A program made the translations under genes and the position numbers. A DNA stretch of 32,377 bases, from the IMG/VR virus record IMGVR_UViG_3300037067_008364, positions 62,001 to 94,377 of that record. One strand, written 5' to 3'. Shown piece by piece: positions 28,699 to 32,377 of the stretch (positions are counted from its first letter, which is position 1; each line of letters begins with the position of its first letter). Source of the stretch: an uncultured virus (IMG/VR IMGVR_UViG_3300037067_008364). Taxonomy: Duplodnaviria > Heunggongvirae > Uroviricota > Caudoviricetes. The notes beneath the pieces were generated by a model. The model ran no database searches. It had not been told where the DNA came from and worked only from the letters and a program-made list of their open reading frames with translations.

Positions 28699-28879
28699 GT
28701 GACATCCCTTCTCTTTCAATTGGTTTCTGTTTGCTTTCTGTATCCTTGATGTATATCCTGATTGCCGAGATGCACTCACTTACCTGTGGCATCGCTGATC
28801 TAGGGAATACAAGATAGCACAGACGTTCGAGTTCGTCTATGTATGCATCTACCTTAGGAGTTTTCTGATCGGTTATCAT
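28679..28879 (-). CDS. Hypothetical protein (66 aa)
   Basis: ATGA-coupled to the upstream gene. Confidence 0.5.
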   Translation of the reverse strand: MITDQKTPKVDAYIDELERLCYLVFPRSAMPQVSECISAIRIYIKDTESKQKPIEREGMSHDYSQN

Positions 28880-29277
28880 ATCTTTCCCATTTTTATACAG
28901 TGATTTATTCTATCAGTTAACTTACGATATGGTTCGCTTGTTACCTCTTTTTCATATCCAACATAAATACCATGCTCTTTCCACATGTATCTATAATCCA
29001 AATTACTTTCCAGTTTATGAAACCACACTAAATATCCATTATAATTACTATCTTCTTCATGATTAAGATCAAGTGAACGATCATGAATACGTAATGTGAT
29101 GTGTTGATTATCTTTACGTTTGATTGCTATGCCAAGAGCTCCCTGTTTCATCAGTCTATACAGTATATCGTCTATATCCATTGCTGTCGATATTGTTATA
29201 TCCTTTTCATATAGTGTTCTGGTATCTTTATTGACACCGAAGATGGTTATATTGTACGTGATAGTTTCAATAATCAT
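28876..29277 (-). CDS. Hypothetical protein, tandem paralog 3 of 3
   Basis: Shares TY.ITI, KQG..G, GY..W and W..H motifs with the two upstream genes. Confidence 0.7.
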   Translation of the reverse strand: MIIETITYNITIFGVNKDTRTLYEKDITISTAMDIDDILYRLMKQGALGIAIKRKDNQHITLRIHDRSLDLNHEEDSNYNGYLVWFHKLESNLDYRYMWKEHGIYVGYEKEVTSEPYRKLTDRINHCIKMGKI

Positions 29278-29675
29278 ATCGTCTTCTTTTGCTTTTTTAT
29301 GTATGATTTAATAAGAGATATTATTTCTTCTTCTCTATGAACATCGTTTACTCCTCCACCACCGACAAATATATAATGCTCTTTCCATCTCCAACAGTAT
29401 TGTAGATCATCTTTCAACATACTGTGCCATAAAGCATATCCATTCTCGTTAAATGTCCTTACTTCTCCATCGTTAGGATCATGTACTGTAACCGCAAATG
29501 CTCCATTATCTATACGATTGATTAATATCCCAACCGATCCTTGTTTGAACAATCTATCAAGCAATATATCTATATCCATACCAGCAGATAGAGTAATAGT
29601 TTTACTATTAACATGTTGGTATTGTTTGTTTATAGTAAGAATGGTTATATTGTATGTCACAATCTCTTTCTTCAT
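29274..29675 (-). CDS. Hypothetical protein, tandem paralog 2 of 3
   Basis: Same motifs; ATGA overlaps on both sides. Confidence 0.7.
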   Translation of the reverse strand: MKKEIVTYNITILTINKQYQHVNSKTITLSAGMDIDILLDRLFKQGSVGILINRIDNGAFAVTVHDPNDGEVRTFNENGYALWHSMLKDDLQYCWRWKEHYIFVGGGGVNDVHREEEIISLIKSYIKKQKKTI

Positions 29676-30043
29676 TTAACAGTCCCATCCTTTATACATT
29701 CACGGATACACTTTATCAATTTTCCGTAAGGATCAATATACCCACATTCTGCTTTATACCCAATATACAATCCATGACAACGCCACATGTTGCAGAACCC
29801 AAGATTATCATGTAACTTCTCAGACCATACCAGATATCCGCCTCTGTTAAAACCATCAACCATAAATGCCTTTTTGTCTTCTCTATTAATTGCAACTCCA
29901 AGTGCGCCCTGCTTCAAGCATCTGTCAATGATATCATCAACAGACATACTTGTTGTTAGTTTGATATCTTTCTCGGATACATCGTTGGTGATTCTGTCTA
30001 TCCCGAATATTGTTATATCGTATGTTACTTTTTCTGGATTCAT
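29672..30043 (-). CDS. Hypothetical protein, tandem paralog 1 of 3
   Basis: Same motifs; AAGGAG SD. Confidence 0.7.
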   Translation of the reverse strand: MNPEKVTYDITIFGIDRITNDVSEKDIKLTTSMSVDDIIDRCLKQGALGVAINREDKKAFMVDGFNRGGYLVWSEKLHDNLGFCNMWRCHGLYIGYKAECGYIDPYGKLIKCIRECIKDGTVK

Positions 30044-30052
30044 ATGTGATGA

Positions 30053-30382
30053 TTACTCCTTTGTGAAGTCGTCAATAGCTTCAAGTATTGTATCACGTAT
30101 GGTTTCTATATCATCAAGTTCGAGGATAGCATCCCATACTACTTTTCTCAACTTCTCCGCCACGTTCGGGTGCATCGTGGTTTCACGGAGATGTTTCATG
30201 GCATCGTTATGTTTAAATATCTTTATTCTGTCAATAGCCTTTACATCTCGGCTTAAACACCTGCACCCACCATTTGTTCTTTGTCCGTGTTTGTTTAATG
30301 CAAATCTACATAACGAATCACCGCAATCCATCAATTCACCTTTGTATTTTGTCATCTTACTCACCTCATTATAAAAATCCAT
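30053..30382 (-). CDS. Hypothetical protein with CGDSLC..TNGGCRC Cys motif
   Basis: 109 aa ORF; an alternative start at 30355 has a better SD (GAGGTG). Confidence 0.6.
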   Translation of the reverse strand: MDFYNEVSKMTKYKGELMDCGDSLCRFALNKHGQRTNGGCRCLSRDVKAIDRIKIFKHNDAMKHLRETTMHPNVAEKLRKVVWDAILELDDIETIRDTILEAIDDFTKE

Positions 30383-30493
30383 TTATACATATAACTTTCG
30401 TATGAATACCCAATATATAAGCAACATAAAGGCCGCAATCGTGATAATCTCAAGTAGACCATCTACCAATATCTGCGCGACTTCCGGTGTCAT
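30383..30493 (-). CDS. Small single-TM peptide (36 aa, MTPEVAQILV..RKLYV)
   Basis: Translated by hand; TGATG overlap and GAGG SD within the junction element. Confidence 0.55.
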   Translation of the reverse strand: MTPEVAQILVDGLLEIITIAAFMLLIYWVFIRKLYV

Positions 30494-30654
30494 CACTTCC
30501 TCGCTTTCGGATACGCCAGCCAAAATAGTTCACCGACAATTACATTCAATGTTTCCCTCTCGGCAACTCCCATGACTGGGAACCAAGAGAAGAATATCCA
30601 ATGGGTAACAGAGTGTAATCGCCGAAATATCCATAGTGTCAGGTAGCGTCTCAT
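30493..30654 (-). CDS. Small Trp/Phe-rich protein (53 aa) ending ..WLAYPKARK
   Basis: ATGA-coupled start at 30654; ends in a degenerate junction element read in frame. Confidence 0.5.
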   Translation of the reverse strand: MRRYLTLWIFRRLHSVTHWIFFSWFPVMGVAERETLNVIVGELFWLAYPKARK

Positions 30655-30875
30655 GATTTTACTTTCGGATATGGTAAATTGTTTTTTGCACGGCAATTAG
30701 GGCAGACATTATCGCCTATTCTACCAATAACATTAAATCTATTTGATGTGCCTTCATCGTAATAACCGTATACCCATCCGCCCTTGCTGTATTCAGCCCC
30801 ACAATTTTGACACCTTACGGTTCCTCTATATCTCGGATAAAGAATCTTATCAGGTTCAACATATGCCATTGTCAT
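30651..30875 (-). CDS. Small zinc-ribbon protein (CQNC..CPNC) ending ..NNLPYPKVKS
   Basis: Two CxxC pairs; preceded and followed by junction elements. Confidence 0.65.
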   Translation of the reverse strand: MTMAYVEPDKILYPRYRGTVRCQNCGAEYSKGGWVYGYYDEGTSNRFNVIGRIGDNVCPNCRAKNNLPYPKVKS

Positions 30876-30907
30876 CTTACTTTCCTTTCTCTTTCGGATA
30901 CGGCACG

Positions 30908-31105
30908 TTACATCGGCTCGTTGTTAGCATGACTTTCCGGGTTTGTAGAAAACCATCTAACATTGCCCGTTAGGGGGATAGTTCTGTTCTGTCCATTTGT
31001 AAGACGCATCCAAAGTATATGACCACCTTGTCTAACTTGACTGCATTCAAATATTTCAAGATAGCCATCCCACCATCTTACGTTTACAATAATAGATTCT
31101 TTCAT
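30908..31105 (-). CDS. Small hypothetical protein (65 aa)
   Basis: AAAGGA SD; its stop codon is the TAA of a junction element. Confidence 0.65.
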   Translation of the reverse strand: MKESIIVNVRWWDGYLEIFECSQVRQGGHILWMRLTNGQNRTIPLTGNVRWFSTNPESHANNEPM

Positions 31106-31134
31106 TTCTTTATCCTTTCACCGAATACGGCACG

Positions 31135-31290
31135 TTACAAGTCTCTTGTCATAAGTACAATTTGTATCAATGAAGCACTTACCATAAGCCACACACCAAC
31201 CATATTTGATTGCACCCAATAAACAACAATGTTTACAGTAAGCATCATCAGTACCCACCAATTAGCCATAAACAGAAGCATCCTCATCAT
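31135..31290 (-). CDS. Small hydrophobic two-TM protein (51 aa, MMRMLLF..MTRDL)
   Basis: Translated by hand; AAAGGA SD; its stop codon is the TAA of a junction element. Confidence 0.6.
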   Translation of the reverse strand: MMRMLLFMANWWVLMMLTVNIVVYWVQSNMVGVWLMVSASLIQIVLMTRDL

Positions 31291-31334
31291 CTTTATCCTT
31301 TCCGTGGGTAAGGCACGTTACCGTCATAAACAAA

Positions 31335-31421
31335 TTATTTCATGTCTTTTCCCAAAACGAACATACATGTTATGAGTATACCAAATCCAAAACCTGATAT
31401 AAATACGATTAAATACCACAT
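31335..31421 (-). CDS. Small single-TM peptide (28 aa, MWYLIVFISGFGFGILITCMFVLGKDMK)
   Basis: Translated by hand; AAAGGTGA SD. Confidence 0.55.
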   Translation of the reverse strand: MWYLIVFISGFGFGILITCMFVLGKDMK

Positions 31422-31453
31422 CTCACTCACCTTTTTCGGATACGGCACGTTAT

Positions 31454-31600
31454 TTACCTTGTTGCATTCCACGGTCTTGACCATTCACCATAAGCAATAA
31501 GTATAAACAAACAGAACAAAATTCTTGAAACCATTACTGGTAATATCCAAATCAAACGCCATAAAATAACATACCATGGTGCCAAATACTTTGTATCCAT
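31454..31600 (-). CDS. Small hydrophobic protein (48 aa, MDTKYLAPW..WNATR)
   Basis: Translated by hand; AAAGGTGA SD; stop lies 1 nt before a perfect junction element. Confidence 0.6.
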   Translation of the reverse strand: MDTKYLAPWYVILWRLIWILPVMVSRILFCLFILIAYGEWSRPWNATR

Positions 31601-31629
31601 CTCACTCACCTTTCCTCGGATACTGTGGT

Positions 31630-31926
31630 TCATTCCACTGTGTCTAAAAGCACATGAATAGCATTTATCGCAGCAACCTTGTCTTGCTCAGGAGCTTCGG
31701 CTATCCTTAACAAAAATTCCATCTGCTCCAATTCTTCCCTTGCGCCTGCACCCACAAGACCAACCAACGCACTACGCAATTTTTTTATTGTTTCTTCCGC
31801 TTTCCGCATAGGATGTTTTTCACAAACCTTAATGTGTTCGGTAAGTATATCATTGTCCCATGCCGGGGTATCTTGCGGATATTCTTTACCACAATACACG
31901 CAAGTAAGTACGCGATTTTCTGACAT
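31630..31926 (-). CDS. C2HC zinc-finger plus coiled-coil protein (98 aa)
   Basis: CVYC..EHIKVCEKHP followed by a heptad coil. Confidence 0.7.
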   Translation of the reverse strand: MSENRVLTCVYCGKEYPQDTPAWDNDILTEHIKVCEKHPMRKAEETIKKLRSALVGLVGAGAREELEQMEFLLRIAEAPEQDKVAAINAIHVLLDTVE

Positions 31927-32087
31927 TATTTTTCATCCTTTCTGTTTAACGTGCCACAAATTTGGCACTCATAAAAAGAGGTATACGGGAATCGAACGTG
32001 TGATGTCTTTGCATCACACTTTTTACAGTACATGGTTATGCGCTTCATACCCGCACCAAACACTGTTTTAGATTGTACTATCTTCAT
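31926..32087 (-). CDS. Small zinc-ribbon protein (53 aa, CKKC..H..CQICG)
   Basis: Translated by hand; GGAGG SD; TAATG overlap with the next gene. Confidence 0.65.
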   Translation of the reverse strand: MKIVQSKTVFGAGMKRITMYCKKCDAKTSHVRFPYTSFYECQICGTLNRKDEK

Positions 32088-32089
32088 TA

Positions 32090-32377
32090 TTATTTCCTCC
32101 CCGGATACGGCACGTTACCGTCAGGCCAGAGTGCTTTGACCCATAACTGAGGGATAACTTTATTTTTCATGTGCCGGTTTATAAAGTCTAAAACTACTAT
32201 ATGACTGACTTCATTTTTAAATATTTTGTCATTGTTTATGCCATACCCACTATTATCATTCCTTAACTTAATGCCATTGTTTGTTTTATATGCGATAAAT
32301 GGAATGCTATCAACCTCAACCGTGAAGTATTTAAGCACTTCATCGGCAGAGGCTTTGGTAAATACTCTGATATGACC
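32090..32377 (-). CDS. Hypothetical protein (5' end probably outside window) ending ..PDGNVPYPGRK
   Basis: Frame is open to the window edge; C-terminus is encoded by a perfect junction element. Confidence 0.6.
   Translation of the reverse strand, partial: GHIRVFTKASADEVLKYFTVEVDSIPFIAYKTNNGIKLRNDNSGYGINNDKIFKNEVSHIVVLDFINRHMKNKVIPQLWVKALWPDGNVPYPGRK

Larger units (their letters stand above)
30508..32117 (-). repeat. Dispersed 16-nt gene-junction repeat TAACGTGCCGTATCCG (8 copies)
   Basis: Perfect at 32102-32117, 31437-31452 and 30895-30910; 15/16 at 31122-31137; 13/16 at 31305-31320; degenerate (10-11/16, TATCCG intact) at 31617-31632, 30666-30681 and 30508-30523. Confidence 0.9.

Noticed and set aside
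29703..29985. GTATCCG matches near 29703 and 29975 as further junction elements
   Set aside because: Only 7 nt match; they are inside coding sequence or at the wrong distance from a start codon.
19859..32071. + strand ORFs within the - arm (e.g. 25257-25724, 27216-27680, 29787-30374)
   Set aside because: They lie antisense to a tightly coupled - strand gene run and lack motifs.
30508..32117. CRISPR array interpretation of the 16-nt repeats
   Set aside because: Spacing is irregular (about 130-490 bp), the intervening DNA is protein-coding, the repeats are short and non-palindromic, and there is no cas operon.
30508..32117. Canonical integron attC array
   Set aside because: No RYYYAAC..GTTRRRY imperfect palindrome of attC length at the junctions, and no IntI-like gene in the window.
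1..32377. Genome-wide TAG reassignment (code 15)
   Set aside because: Structural and lysis genes up to 2309 aa are intact under the standard code; only one internal TAG was found.

Overview
Part of a tailed (podovirus-like) phage or prophage genome. The + strand arm (1-18472) carries an FN3 tail protein, four putative ejection proteins of increasing size (up to 2309 aa, polyvalent-protein-like), a separately promoted block of signal-peptide proteins and a lysis cassette. The - strand arm (18476-32377) carries an amber-interrupted HNH nuclease, a metallophosphoesterase, a DinG-like helicase, an ERCC4 nuclease, a putative SSB, a Sak4-like ATPase, a Cas4-like nuclease and many small genes. The main unexplained structure is a run of small genes at 30383-32377. 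Most of their junctions carry a 16-nt element (- strand consensus TAACGTGCCGTATCCG) about 30 nt upstream of the next start codon, so the region looks like a gene-cassette array without attC hairpins. Other notable items are tandem NrdR-like boxes upstream of the DNA-metabolism operon and a secreted protein rich in FCB-type O-glycosylation sequons. All family calls come from reading motifs by eye; no database searches were run.
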